Assembly: GCA_023213395.1 (NCBI GenBank) | Contig: CM041465.1 | Coordinates: 217,813,741-217,877,740 of the forward strand | Length of the DNA: 64,000 nt | DNA from: Cycas panzhihuaensis | Taxonomy: Eukaryota; Plantae; Cycadophyta | Direction: 5' to 3' | Part shown: piece by piece, positions 41,165-54,196 of the stretch | Position numbering within the stretch: the stretch's first letter is position 1 | Layout: each line of letters begins with the position of its first letter | The notes under the pieces: generated by a model | What the model was told of the DNA's origin: nothing | Databases searched by the model: none | What the model saw: only the letters and a program-made list of their open reading frames with translations | Program-made: the position numbers and the translations under genes

Positions 41165-44100
41165 TGGAAGTGCACCTCTAGGGGGTCATCAGATGTAAAG
41201 AGATTAAGCATATACAATCAATAACTACAGAGTTAAAGGATCTTTAGAAGCAAAGGAAAGGATTACCCACAAAGGGTGTCTGTGCATCGAAACATAGGTT
41301 CAAGGACCCACAAATAATGCACAAACCTCCCCTTATGGTGAGCACATTCTCAGATTTGAGATGGGCAAGGGGGCTTCCTCAGTTTGTTGAATAGCTTTAA
41401 AAGGACCCTCCTATCATGAATGGTTAAGGAAGGAGGATTGAGATGGAAGACACCTTTCCCTGAGAAGAGGGAAAGGAGGAGGTAGACCCTAATGGAGGAA
41501 GGGGTACCTACGAACAAGAAATGAGTGGTAGGTAGTGAAGGTACAAGGAGGAAGTTAGGTGGAAAAGAACCAACTTCCAAACAGAGGTAAGACAAGATGA
41601 TGGTTTACCAAAAGAGGGCACCTTAAGGAGGATTCTCCTAAGGTACCAATACCCTAAGTGGATGACTAGGAGTGTAAGGGTTAGGTAATGTGTCCTTTAT
41701 GTTGTTTCACAGTGAATAGGATAATGTTATGGGTTATTGCTATTTCTAATTTATTATGAATTAAGATGGGAAAGAAAGAACAATAGCACCCTCTCTTGAT
41801 TCTAGCCTCTCTCTCTTTGCTTTTACAAATATCAAAGGAACCAAGAAAATAGGAAATCGAATGAAGAGAATGCAAGAACTAGTGCAAGCTAACTTGGTAG
41901 TGCATGGGGAAGAAAAAAGGTTGGTAGAGGAACTTACAACCTTTTGTACCCTTACCCTAATGGATACAAGAGACATGCAAGAAGAGAGGAATGGGAATAC
42001 AACAATGGTAGGGAACTACCCCACTAATGAGATTAATGCCTACGCATGTAAAATGACTATCCCTTCCCCTACATGAGCGAGCCAAGTAATCTTCAAGCAA
42101 CAAAACATACATAACTTTTCCTTTTTCTTTTCCTTTCCTTAAGAGTAAGGAGGAGAGGAGTGAGCAAGAAGATAGGATAAGAAGGAGTGCATATAGAACT
42201 AGGATGGCTGATGTAGTGGGCCCTTTCTCTTTCCTCACGATCTTCTCTTGCCCGTCTAGTGCTCCTTATCGAAGTTGGTGTTGCAGGAGAAATGCCGATA
42301 GGGCTTCCTTACCTTCCCCAGGGATTAATGTAAAAAGAAACTAAAGGAAAATAGTTGCTCATAAAGAAAGTTTAAAGCAATGTAATGATAATAAAAGAGA
42401 TGTGTGTACCTTTCACGAAGACCTTTGCTTGCTCTAAAAGGTGAAACCTGCACAACAAGTTGTTTGCCCTTTCCCAATAGTGTTAGACACACATGGGAAC
42501 AAATATGCATTCATGTATGGGTATATATGATCACCAAAGGAAAAGAATATGATCTTATATAAATGTCTTTCAAATAAGCACAATATGAAATCCAAACTTT
42601 ACCTAGTACGCATGTAGAATGCTCCAATGACTACAGAAAAAAGGGGATAAAAAGGAAGGAAAGATAGCCTTAGAATGGTTGGCCCTCTGAGTATGATACC
42701 TCCATACATCCAAGTTCTCTAACCAATGGATTAAGTAAGAAGCTAAGGTTTTCAAGTAGTAGAAAAGACAACAAAGTTTGTGAATGGTAAAAGTCACAAA
42801 AAACACAAAAGTGGCAAATGTTGTAAAAGTCGCAATATGCAACTTTTATAAATTTTGTAAAGTGAAGCTAGAACTTTATAAACCACAAGGACTTGCTATA
42901 AAAAATCAGATTTTAAAGGTGCATGAAGGTTGGTTGCAAGTATTGTAAGCAGCTTTCAATGCTACAACCAGCAGAATCCCTTACCTTAAGGGTTTTTCGA
43001 TGTGCAAGAGAGGTATAGGGAGAGAAAAGTTGCAAAGGGTAGGGGGTTACCCTAGAGGAGATGGCTAAGAGGGTCATAACCCTAGCCTAGAACTCCTTTC
43101 TTCCTTTGTTATACCCTTTTCTCTCAACCTCCTTGATAGTTACCTAGGAGAAACCTCAAGGTATGAGGGAAACAAGCCACGAAGAAGAAGGGTTTACCTT
43201 CCAAAAGAGAGGTGTGTGAAGGGGTTTTATAAAGAAAACGAGACAAACATATAAAGAACCTCTTTTACTAAAGGAAAGAGACAATATATAAGTCTAAAAA
43301 AACTTGCTAAAACTAGTTTGAAATGGTTTTACCTTGTGGGATGGCTGGGAAGAGGGTTTCCCTTAAGGAATAGGTGAGAAATCCCTACAACAGTACAAGA
43401 AAGGAGTGCAACCTATAAGCAACCTTGATACCAAAGACTTAATGGAGTGCTTGAGAGGAGGACCTATCCAAAACCTACTAGTATAGACCTACGACCTAGG
43501 GTTTTTACCCTAAGGAAGGAAGAAGTATGAGCCAAGAGTAGGTGGTGGTAGAAGAGAACTTTCTTTCTTTCCAAAACTTTTCTAAGAGAGCAAAAGAAGA
43601 GGAACAAATGAGCTAAATTTTAGGTTTTTAAACCCAACCCTATCCTACCGGATAATTAGGGATTGCCCTAGGTGGGAAACAACCCAATGCCACATGTTAG
43701 CTTCATAATTAATACAAAATTGGTCGTGGTCGGGCTAAAAGCTAAGAGTGGACAGTCACACTGTGGCAAACTTTACGGTACCATAGAGTTTATCACAGTA
43801 CCATGAACAATATCACGGTGTGCTCAAGACAAGGTGGAAAATAAAAGGGGAGCCTAGAAGCCTCCTAAAAAGGGAGATCCTAGACCCTAAAAGGGAAAAA
43901 TAATGAGTTGCCGAGGTGTCTAGGGGATTTTAAGAGATGGTGGGACCATGATGAGTGAGAAAAAGGTGGCAACTAGGCCCCAATGAGAGATAAGTGGTAA
44001 GTGAGGATGGTGACCGAGCCTAAACAGGTCGTTAGAGATCACATCATGCTAAAAAGGTGGTAAAGAATAGGTTGTGGGAGCCGAGAGTACTTAAGGATGA

Positions 44101-44350
44101 TGTGGAGGCATCATGGAGGGCCATGAAGAGCCATAGGACATTTGTCCTGAGTCATCATAGGCTAAAGTATTAGATGCAAATATGAGTAGGCAGGTATGTC
44201 AAGCATAACAATCATGCAATCAACAACATGCAAAAATGTATCGAATGGAAATTCAATGACATCCTAAGGTCAATGAAAAGTAAGGATAGAAATGTGCCTG
44301 TACTTACCTGATAAGTGTCATCCATGTCTATTCCCAGTAGCTAGGAAACA
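41165..44350 (-). repeat. 5' LTR of the Tat element (3186 bp)
   Basis: Direct repeat of 18729-21749. Confidence 0.93.
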
Positions 44351-44355
44351 AGTCC

Positions 44356-45695
44356 CAGATATACCATTAAGGAAAGTGATCATGGAACTAACAATAGGTA
44401 TCCAAGATAATTTTTTGGATGTAGAATTATTTACTATTCAAGCAATACTTGAATGGTATGAAGACATCACACAATTTCTATCAACAAGACAAATACCAGT
44501 GGGGATGGAACGTGTTGAATAATAAAGCTTCATTAAAAAAATTTTCCTTTCCAATTAATCGAAGGAATACTATATAGAATGGGACCTAATCAAATTTTAA
44601 GAAGATGTATAATAGGATATGAAGTAGAAGCCATCATCAAAGAAACGCATGAAGAAGTCACAGGAAAACATCAAGGTGTATAATCAACAAGAAGAAAAAT
44701 TCTGTTAGCAAGTCTATGGTGGCCTACAATCTTTAAGGATGTACAAAAATAGGTGCAAAGTTATGATGTATACCAACAGGTAGAGAAGCCAACAAAAAAT
44801 CAATTCATGCATTTGTGTCCTATATTAGTCTAACTCCCATTTGAAAAATAGGGGTTGGACTTTATTGGACTGATCAGTCCACCAGTTCAACACAGAAATG
44901 CAAGATACATCTTGGTCACTACCAATTTCTTAATAAAATGGATAGAAGCTAAAGTAATAAAAATGTGTAATACACAAAATACAGCCAAGTGTTTATATAA
45001 AATGATAATCATTTAATTTGGTTATTCATTAGAGATTGTCTCAGATTAAGGTGGCAACTTTCTTAATGAAACGATAAAGTAATTGATACAAGAATTTTTT
45101 ATTCAACATTCCAAGTCTTCTCCATATTACCCACGAGCAAATGGATAAGTAGAAAGCAAAAATAAGATTCTAAAGTTGGCATTATTTAAAATCTACAATT
45201 AGGGGCATACGGATTAGGTAGAGCGACTCTATTCAATTTTATGGGATGACAGGACAATGGTGAAGTGACCATATAAGCAAACTCCATTCTAGCTAGTTTA
45301 TGGACTGGAAGCCATACTTCTTCTAGAATTTTAGATGAAAAGCTTAAGAGTGGAATTAGAATTACAACTATCAAAGAATGATTCACAAGATCAATAGCAT
45401 GTAGAATTGATGAAGCTGGATGAAAAACGGGTAAGAGCTTGGTGGGAATTGAAAGTAGAAAAGATGAGAAGAAAAGCATGGCATCGACGCCTCAAAGTTC
45501 TACAATTTTAGGAAGGAGATCTTGCTTTGCTTTATGACAGTAAATTCTAATTTAAACCCAAGAAATTGAAGTTGAGATAGCTTGGTCCATACAGGGTAAA
45601 CCACATCTGGTTGAATGGAGTAGTGTGACTCCAACAACTTGATGGAATACTATTTAAAAAACCAGTCAACGGAAGACGACTAAAAAGGTATATAA
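44356..45695 (+). pseudogene. Integrase remnant of the plus-strand Gypsy
   Basis: EWYEDITQFL, LWWPTIFKDV, GLDFIG, SSPYYPRANG*VE, LGPYRV..NG...KPVNGRRLKRY. Confidence 0.92.
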
Positions 45696-45865
45696 CAAAA
45701 AAAAAAAAGGAGCAGAAGAACTATAGGAATATAATTCCCTTATGACTTTAATCATGGAAGCAGATGGTTGCAAGATAAGATAAAAAGATATAACTTCAAA
45801 CCAGGAAGTTGGGTTGCAACTCTAAAGTAAAAAGAAAAATTGTAACTTGGGGTGCAACTAGGATG

Positions 45866-47119
45866 AGAAGTTACAACTCAGATATAAAGTTGCAACCCAG
45901 ATAAAAAATTGCAACCTAGATACAAAGTTACAACTCGGATGCAAAGTTGCAACTCAGATATAAAGTTGTAACCTGGATGTAAAATTGTAACTCAAAAGCA
46001 AAGTTACAACCTAGAAGCAAAGTTGTAACTCAGACACAAAGTTACAACCTAGAAGCAAAGTTGCAACCCAGAAGCAAAGTTGCAACCTGAATGCAAAGTT
46101 GTAACTCAGAATCAAAGTTGCAACTCAAAAGTAAAGTTGCAACATGGACGTAAAGTTGCAACTTGGAAGCAAAGTTGCAACCTGGACGTAAAGTTATAAC
46201 TCAGAAACAAAGTTGTAACTCAGACACAAAATTACAACCTAGACATAAAGTTGTAACTTGAAAGCAAAGTTGCAATATGGATGTAAAGTTACAACTCATA
46301 CATAAAGTTGTAACCTAGAAGAAAAGTTGTAACTTGAAAATAAAGTTGCAACCTAGCTTCTAGGTTGCAACTCGAAAGCAAAGTTGTAACTCAGAAGCAA
46401 AGTTGTAACCCAGACACAAAGTTACAACTAGGATATAAATTATAACTTAGAAGCAAAGTTGCAACCTGGATGCAAAGTTATAACTCAGATGAAAAGTTAT
46501 AACTCATAAGCAAAGTTACAACTTGGATGCAAAGTTGTAATTCAGAAGTAAAGTTGTAACCTAGATGTAAATTTGTAACCTGGATGTAAAGTTGCAACTT
46601 GGAAGCAAAGTTGCAACCTGGATGCAAAGTTACAACTCAGAAGTAAATTTGCAACTTAGATATAAAGTTGTAACTTAGACACAAAGCTACAACTCGAATG
46701 TAAAGTTGTAACTCAGAAGCAAAGTTGTAACCTGAAAGCAAAGTTGCAACCTAGACGCAAAGTTGCAACTTAAAACTAAAGTTGCAACTTGGACACAAAG
46801 TTGTAACTCAGAAGCAAAGTTACAACTTAGACATAAAGTTGCAACTCAGAAGCAAAGTTACATCCTAGATGTAAAGTCACAACTCGAAAGCAAAGTTGTA
46901 ACCTAGATGCAAAGTTGCAACCTATAAGCAAACTTGTAACCTAGACACAAAGTTACAATTTGAAAGTAAACTTACAACCTAGAAGCAAAGTCAAAACTCA
47001 GACGTAAAGTCGCAACCCAGATACAAAGTTATAACCTAAATGCAAAGTCACAACCTAGAAACAAAGTTATAACTCAAATGTAAATTGGCAACTAAGAGGT
47101 AAAGTCGCAACCCGAATGA
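45866..47119 (+). repeat. Tandem array of ~66 x 19-bp units, consensus ~AAAGTTGCAACYYRGAWGC, with palindromic core GTTGCAAC
   Basis: Register shifts 1 nt per 20 nt across lines; degenerate units extend to ~45770 and ~47400. Confidence 0.97.
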
Positions 47120-47399
47120 AAAGTAGCAATTTTATAAATTAGAAGCAAAATTAGAACTTAAAAATAAAATGGTAAATGAGAAGTAGAGTTGTGATTTAGA
47201 CAAGTAAAACAGTAATTTAAAGGCAGAATTACAACTTGAATGAAAGATTACAACATAATGCAAAATCATAGATGTAAGTTACACGTGAACTAATGCAACT
47301 TGGAGATGAAGTCACCATCTGAACATAAGAACAAGAAAGTTATAATTTAGATATGAGCAGGATAGGTGGCAGTAATAGGATGTGAAGTTGGAATCAGTA

Positions 47400-48789
47400 C
47401 CATTAGGTGGAAATTGAAAAGGAATCAAAGAAAGGAAATCATAAGGAAGGTATTGATATTAAATCAAGAAGCCAAAAAGAAAGTTATTAATGGTGATGGC
47501 AATGAAGCAATAAAAAAGTGATAACAACTGATAGTCACACATACGAAATTAAGTGGAGCACAACAAGGATGAAAAGTGGTTTACATGCGTTAGATGAACT
47601 AGATGAAGGTATATTGGAAGTTGCAACCAAGTAATTACAACTATAAATATAGTCATATTGGTTTTGCATGGCATGGTAGGAAATAAGTAATAGAATTGAA
47701 GATGGACCAGCAAGGCTTTTGAAGACAAATCAGAGGGATTTGAAGAATATGGCACAATTGTATATCAATATATAGGAAGGTGATGATGAAAAAATTAGGC
47801 ATGAATGGTGGGACATGCCAGATGATGATCAAAGAAAGGTAATCTTGACAAATGTTAGGTTCACCTAGTTTGTGCAAATAGGGTTATTCCCATCTATAAC
47901 AAACTTCTTGACTGATATGATTCAGGTCGTAGCTCAACAATTGGATATTCTAGATGTATCAACAAAAGCTATTACAGATATTTCAGGGTTACTAGATACA
48001 ACAAAAATGGTACCCAGAGACAAAAGAATTCTGTGGGAGAAGGTAGTAGAGGAATTAGGTGCCCAGATTACAGACGTATCTACATCGAGCATCTAAATTA
48101 TCAACATTATGGATAGCTTGACATGATAAGTAGCACATTTCCTTTTTACAAGGGTAATATTGAGTCAAAAAAGCTTGTTTGTGCCTACAGAAATGAGGAT
48201 GGTATTATTTCAAGTAACGAAAGGGGAAAATGTTAAATTGGTTAGTGTTTCTCAAAGGAAGATTCTTAGAGAAACTGGCAAGTATGAAAGTAAAACCTCA
48301 GTAAGTTGTATTTTATTACCAGAGTCTATTTGAGGGACTGTTATACTCTCAATGTCTAGATATAAAGTTGCCTAAAAGGAAATCAAGAGAAGCAACAATG
48401 ATGACTTGGATTATTTATTTTAGACATAATAGAGAAATGTGGTAAAGAAAGTTGCAAGAGAAGGTTAAAGTTTTTTCCTTGAGGAAGCCTCTAGCTAGTA
48501 ATCCTCAAATGACATAGGTAGGGGATATGGGAAGAAAGTGATAGCAGGAAGAGGCGACCCTAGAGAAGAAGGAAGAAGAGGAGCAGAAGGAGGTGAGAAA
48601 GAAAGAAAAAATTAAAAAGGAGAAACAAAAAGTATGAAGCATGTCAGTGAAGGAGGAAGTAATGGAGCAACAACCAGCCCAACAAGCATAAAAAGTTCTT
48701 AACACTAAAGAAGAGAAGAGAAAGAGAAGAAAAATTATTGCAGAAAAGGTGAAGAAATAGATGTTAGAGATCTTGAATAGTCAGTTAGC
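47400..48789 (+). pseudogene. Sense-strand accessory ORF 3' of integrase (continues at 56306-~56930 after the nested insertion)
   Basis: Long frame with scattered stops (HEWWDMPDD..VSTKAITDISGL..VAHFLFTRVIL..KGENVKLV), then an E/K-rich coiled coil. Reads LNSQLA|KVDFDFNNEEL across the insertion. Confidence 0.6.
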
Positions 48790-49112
48790 TATAGGTTCTA
48801 ACGAAGAATAGAGTAGAGCAACAAACCAGAATAACTTAATCCATAATGTAAAACATACAAAACAACATTTGTATTAACCCATGATTGTTGAAAGTACATC
48901 AAAATTCCTTGAATAGGTGGTGTTGATGAACATTAGGCTATAAAAGCCCATGAGATATATAATTTTGAGGGAGGAGGGAAACCTCCTTAACCTCTAATTT
49001 AAATTATTATAAAATAATTCACAATATTAAATATACACTTATCTAACTTACTATTGAAGCTTGTGCGCTGCATATTCTAATGTGGGGTCATGTGATGAGC
49101 ATTAACCCAACA
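48790..49112 (-). repeat. Family B 3' LTR
   Basis: Direct repeat of 55978-56300. Confidence 0.9.
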
Positions 49113-49828
49113 TTCTCCCCCTTAATGGTCATCACATACATCTTTATCTTCTCCTTGAACTTGTGATACTTGTACTTCAGGAAGACTTTGAATATTTATC
49201 CTTTGGCTTTATCATCATTCATGAAGTGGTCATTAACTCGCCTTGTCATCCTTTCAGTAATGTGTGTCTCTTTAATGTTATGTGGTTCAAATGATCTCCA
49301 AGTAAGTGTGACTTGTTTCAAATGGGGATGTGTGGCTACATCTTTGACTTTATCTCTTGGAATCTTTATTTTATGAGTAGCGATCATGTCAAAGGGTTTC
49401 ACCCCCTTAAATGAATAATCATCTTTATGTACATCAATGTGATCGTTTATTTGACTTGAGTCTTCTTCACTAGTTTTTTCAACACAATAAACTTGCTCTG
49501 ACATCAGTTTCACATGTATAACATCATAGTTAAACTCATTCACATTGAGGGTTTCTCCCCAATAAATAGATTGTAATGTATCCCATACAGATTTGGATGT
49601 GTTCATTTCACAAACACTAAAAAATACATTGTCATCAATGGTATAAAACAATATGGCTAAGGTCTCATTGTCCTTTTTTATATCTTCTTTAATATTTGGT
49701 TCATATTCATCTTTTACATATTTCCAAAAGTCATTTGCAATAAAGTATGTTTACATTACTTTACTCCATCGTTGAAAATCATGTCTGTCAAATATAAGAA
49801 ATCTTATTTTATTTAGATTCATTGCCAT
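49113..49828 (-). pseudogene. Copia-type Gag N-terminal domain (DUF4219/UBN2-like), family B
   Basis: FDRHDFQRWSKVM*TYFIANDFWKYV..KKDNETLAILFYTIDDNVF..TSKSVWDTLQSIY; the frame runs to the PPT. Confidence 0.85.
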
Positions 49829-51235
49829 TATAAAAGGACTTTAGTACATAATCAAAAAGTATGATTTTTAAAGAAGACTAATTCTCTAATAAACAAATAA
49901 CTTGAAATAAGTAATCATTCTATATCAATACACTACAAAAAGTGAAGTAAATGATCAAGATATTTCTTCTTAATAAACTAAAAATGAATGCCAATATGCA
50001 AGCCAATGCCTTTCAAATTAAAATGCTCTTTTGAAATAAAGTACACAAGCAACTATATGCTATTTTTTATAAGTGAGATAATGAATTAATGAAGCTTCCA
50101 ATATTAAATGCCCTTAAATCAAGAATGCCAAGTGATCCTTTGATGCATAAAATGAACAAGAAAGGACTTGTAATTATGGTTTTGCTATGCACTTCTCAAA
50201 AAATATGACTTTAGAATTAATAAGAAAGCATTTTGATTAATGAACTTGAAGATATATGAATATTATTGTAAAGATTCTTTGAAATAAGATAAACAAATGA
50301 TAAGAAGCTCCTTTGTAGGTTTATAAGCAAACTAGGTAGAATCCTTCTTGTAAATCAAATAAGGCCTTTAAGCATACAAATCTGAAATAAAATTGCCCTT
50401 GATGATGAAAAAATATAGAAGATCAATAAGATTTTTTTATCTAAGCTTGAATTTTCAAAAATAAAGAGTAGCTTAGGCAAATAGAAATGACCTTTTGCAA
50501 TGCAAAAAAGAGTAGTTATTCCTTTAAAAATAATAAAAATAAGAAATTAAAGTGTAAATTTGCCTTTAATAATAGAAATTCTTGAACCAAGATAAGTTTC
50601 TTATAGAAAATGAACAACCAGAATGTAAAGAAGTGTCTGTTTGATTAAATAACTACTCTTAGCTTAAAGTCTTGAAGAACTAGTTTTCTGTTGTAAAAAG
50701 AAAGTTGAAAATATAAACAAGAGACGATAAAAACTTTAAGAATAAGTTGTTAGTAAGCAATAAATCAACTGTAATCTTTTGAGATCATATAATGTATGAA
50801 AAGTTACAAAGTGATACCGATAAGGATTGAATAAGGAGCTAAAAATAAGTTGCTTAAAAAACTTACTAAATGAACTTAGAATTAAATGAAATCTATTTTG
50901 AACTGAAGAATATCAAATCAGTTTTCCAATGAATCTAACCGTTTAGAAATCTGGCTTCTATAGCTCAAGATTTTAATCAGTAAGTGCAAGGACCTCTTTA
51001 TAGGCTTGAAATAGTGCTACAAGACAAAAATATTATAAAACCATAATATAACCTTATAAGAAGTATAAAAAGAGTTCACTTACAGATAAAAGACCTTTAA
51101 ATTTGATTTATTTTAAAAGAAACTTGAAGAAAAACTTTAAAAGTTGTCGATTAATGAGTAGTTAGGCTTGATACAATACCTAAACGTTAATAGCTTGTAA
51201 CACCTACAAAAGGACTTTAAAATGCTTAAGAGATT

Positions 51236-54196
51236 TGTTGGAAATCAACTTGCACAAATAATATTCTCAAACAGAACAAAACACACCTCCACAGGACCGA
51301 ACAGTACCCTTAAGGTACCTCCATTGCATTAACAGAATATCATTACAACAACCTTACATATGATACACAATATTGTGTATTTATAATACAAGTCATATTG
51401 GAAGAGTATGACCCACTTGCATATGGGATAAATCAAATGTAAATTAATATTCTAACAGTCCCCCTTAATGTACATTTGGGTCATTTGTATTTGCATCACT
51501 TTGTCCTTGGAAACGTCTTGAGAATGACGTCTTCAACCTGATCCTTGTCTTCAATCTTGTAGTGATGTCTTTGCTGTAGAATGATGTCTTCATCTGGATT
51601 TTTGTCTTCAATTCTATACCGATGCCTTTATAAGATGATGTCCTCAGCTTGATTTCCATCTTTAATTCTATAGTAATGATGTTGATGTAGATGCTCTAGC
51701 AAGTGTAAATCCTGATTCTTTATTGTGGCTGGTCTAGTCTGAAGAAGATCCTGTAAGTAACTGTCTTCAATCACAACTTGCCTGTCATCATTATTTTGTA
51801 TAAACTCTTGATCATCATATATAACTGTGACTTCTTCAATCTTTGGAGTAGAATCTTGATCACCTAGTATACTCTTTGAACTTGAATCAATGCTTAATGA
51901 AGGAACGTCATCAATATAAGACTCATCCTTTATAGGATCATTAGATTCAATTTCTCTTAAAATCAATTCATCACTTTTAATGTCTTCATCTATAATCTCA
52001 TCAATGCATTCAACAGTGGAAATTTCATTAGTACTCAGACATTCTTCATCTTCACATGTTGTTTCATCAGTGTTAATGATACTTTATTTATTCGTTGTAC
52101 CTGTACCATAACTAGCCTTAATTACCTTTTCAATCATTCGTTGTGTTTCTTCAGGTGTTTGTTCAAATACTTTCCTTAGAAAATTCCAAGCTTCTTTAGC
52201 ATTACTTGCATGTAGAATCATAGGAATAACAAGATGGAATTTGGGAGGAAGATCAATATCATTGAATGCAGCACGAATCATAATGAATGCTTTCCTATCT
52301 TTCTTCTGAAGCATTTCCTTTTCTTCTTCATCATTAGGGATATCATATTCATCAGTAACAATCTTCCATAAACCTATAGCTATGAATAGGCATCTCATTG
52401 TAATTGTCCAAAAGAAGTAGTCTTCACCATTGCACTTAGGTACTTGAAGAAATGAATCCCTTAAGTAATATTCATTTGTTTCAGGAGCATATATAACCAT
52501 ATCATTATCCTCCATGATTGTAAATGCTATTTTCTAACACCATGTCCCTTTTCCAATCAACAAATTTACCTATCAATCTCAACAAACTTTCTCATGTCTC
52601 ATGTCCCTCATATCACTGACTTCATTATCACATCATTACCTTATGCATCTCACATATTACCAAATAGTCACATACAAAGAATATCTGAAGCACTTTCTTT
52701 ACCATAGAATCAAAGCTTATACCACATACATCTCACAGGAATCATGCATACCTCATGTCACCATTAAATCACTAAGACACATCACACTTCACTTAATTTC
52801 CCAAAACATAACTCATGCTATTACACCACTCAACAATTTTACTTCCCTCCAACTCAGGTATCTTCAATAAAAGAAACTCATCCTTCTTTGCCCATTCAAT
52901 CAATTAGAACACATCATCAAACATACTTGATCTCATCCTTAACACACCTAACAATTGCCCAATCTTGTCATGTAACCTCACATGCAACAAGCACCTCATT
53001 GCCTCAAATCACTATCTTTCTTGCCCTCAAATTAGCTTTGTTATACCCATCAAGTCCTTTCATGTAAATCACATTCCACGGAGCACTTAATTGTCATATT
53101 CCATCTAACTCATTCATGCAAACACATGTACTATCACTTCATTACCATACTATGCCATTGTCACAATAGCTCTCTCATACAAACACATATAAGAAAGCAC
53201 TCAAATTATTATTAAACAATCACCATCATACATCTCAAATCACTAATAGAGTGCCAAATATATTCACATTAATATGACTTAATGTCATCTCACATTGGAA
53301 CAATACTCTCCCATGTGCCATATATGTAAGAGAGCCTCAAATAATCACTTCATTACCATTGCCCCATTCATGTCATCATATAAATATGAAACCCTTAAAT
53401 TCCCAAAAACTTATTTCTGAAAAAACGTATAGCTCAAAAATACCTAAAATATAGATAAAAATGATGGCCTCTAAAATATGATTCCAACGGTTCAAACGAA
53501 ATTGAATTCTAATATCTAGATCAAAAGTTATGCTCCTTTTAAGAATTTCACAATTAGGGTTTTTAGGGGCTGTAATAGTACCTTTTGATAAATTGATAAT
53601 AACATTTTATTCTGAACTCTGATGAACCTCAAACCACTTCCATTAGAAAGAGAATTCAAAAATGCATAGAATAAAAAAAAAAAATTGAGATCATTTAGAT
53701 ACCCGTAGCCAAAGTTATGGCTCTTTGAAGTTGAGGTTGCAGATCTGTCCCAAAAATACGGTGATGGAAAAAATATAGGCCGAAATTAATTTTGCTGTAA
53801 TTTTCACACTTTCACCCCAAAATCTATAGCGCGACCACTCAAATTTTACAGAACGAGTTATTTCGTCTCAATTTCGCTATTACTTTTTAGAAATTTCAAC
53901 GTTATAGTAACTCCCAAATCACTGCTCTAATACCGAACAAAAACACCTCTCTCAACCTAGGCGCTTTGATACCAGGTTGTAAATCAACCTACATAAATAA
54001 TATTCTCAAACAAAATGAAACACACCTCCACAGGACTGAACAGTACCCTTAAGGTACCTCCATTGCATTAATAGAATATCATTACAACAACCTCACATAT
54101 GATACACAATATTGTGTATTTATAATACAAGTCATATTGGAAGAGTAGGACCCACTTGCATGTGGGATAAATCAAATGTACATTAATATTCTAACA
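51236..54196 (-). mobile_element. Gag-only LTR element, family A copy 2
   Basis: 222-bp LTRs at 51236-51457 and 53975-54196 (~14 mismatches by eye). Perfect TSD AGATT; PBS-rc GCTTTGATACCA at 53963-53974; PPT-rc at 51458-51466; homologous to 296-4106. Confidence 0.96.
51458..52530 (-). pseudogene. Family-A Gag (~350 codons, point stops only)
   Basis: ORFs 52084-52515 and 51628-51966 are in one frame separated by a single stop; VPKCNGEDYFFWTITMRCLF..ASNAKEAWNFLRKVF. Confidence 0.88.

Larger units (their letters stand above)
18729..44350 (-). mobile_element. Tat-clade Gypsy element with ~3-kb LTRs and aRH located 3' of integrase (probably TatII-like)
   Basis: LTRs 18729-21749 and 41165-44350 (TGGAAG...GGAAACA). 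tRNA-Arg-type PBS at 41146-41163. Degenerate TSD ACTCT/AGTCC; removal restores the host frame NKGVKHIVPD. Confidence 0.93.

Noticed and set aside
45866-47119. CRISPR-like repeat/spacer array
   Set aside because: Total period is only 19 bp, spacers are related to each other, no cas genes, and the context is a eukaryotic retrotransposon.
53619-53655. Hammerhead-like CTGATGA...GAAA (retrozyme)
   Set aside because: No stem II pairing between the motifs, no convincing stems I/III, and it is not in an LTR.
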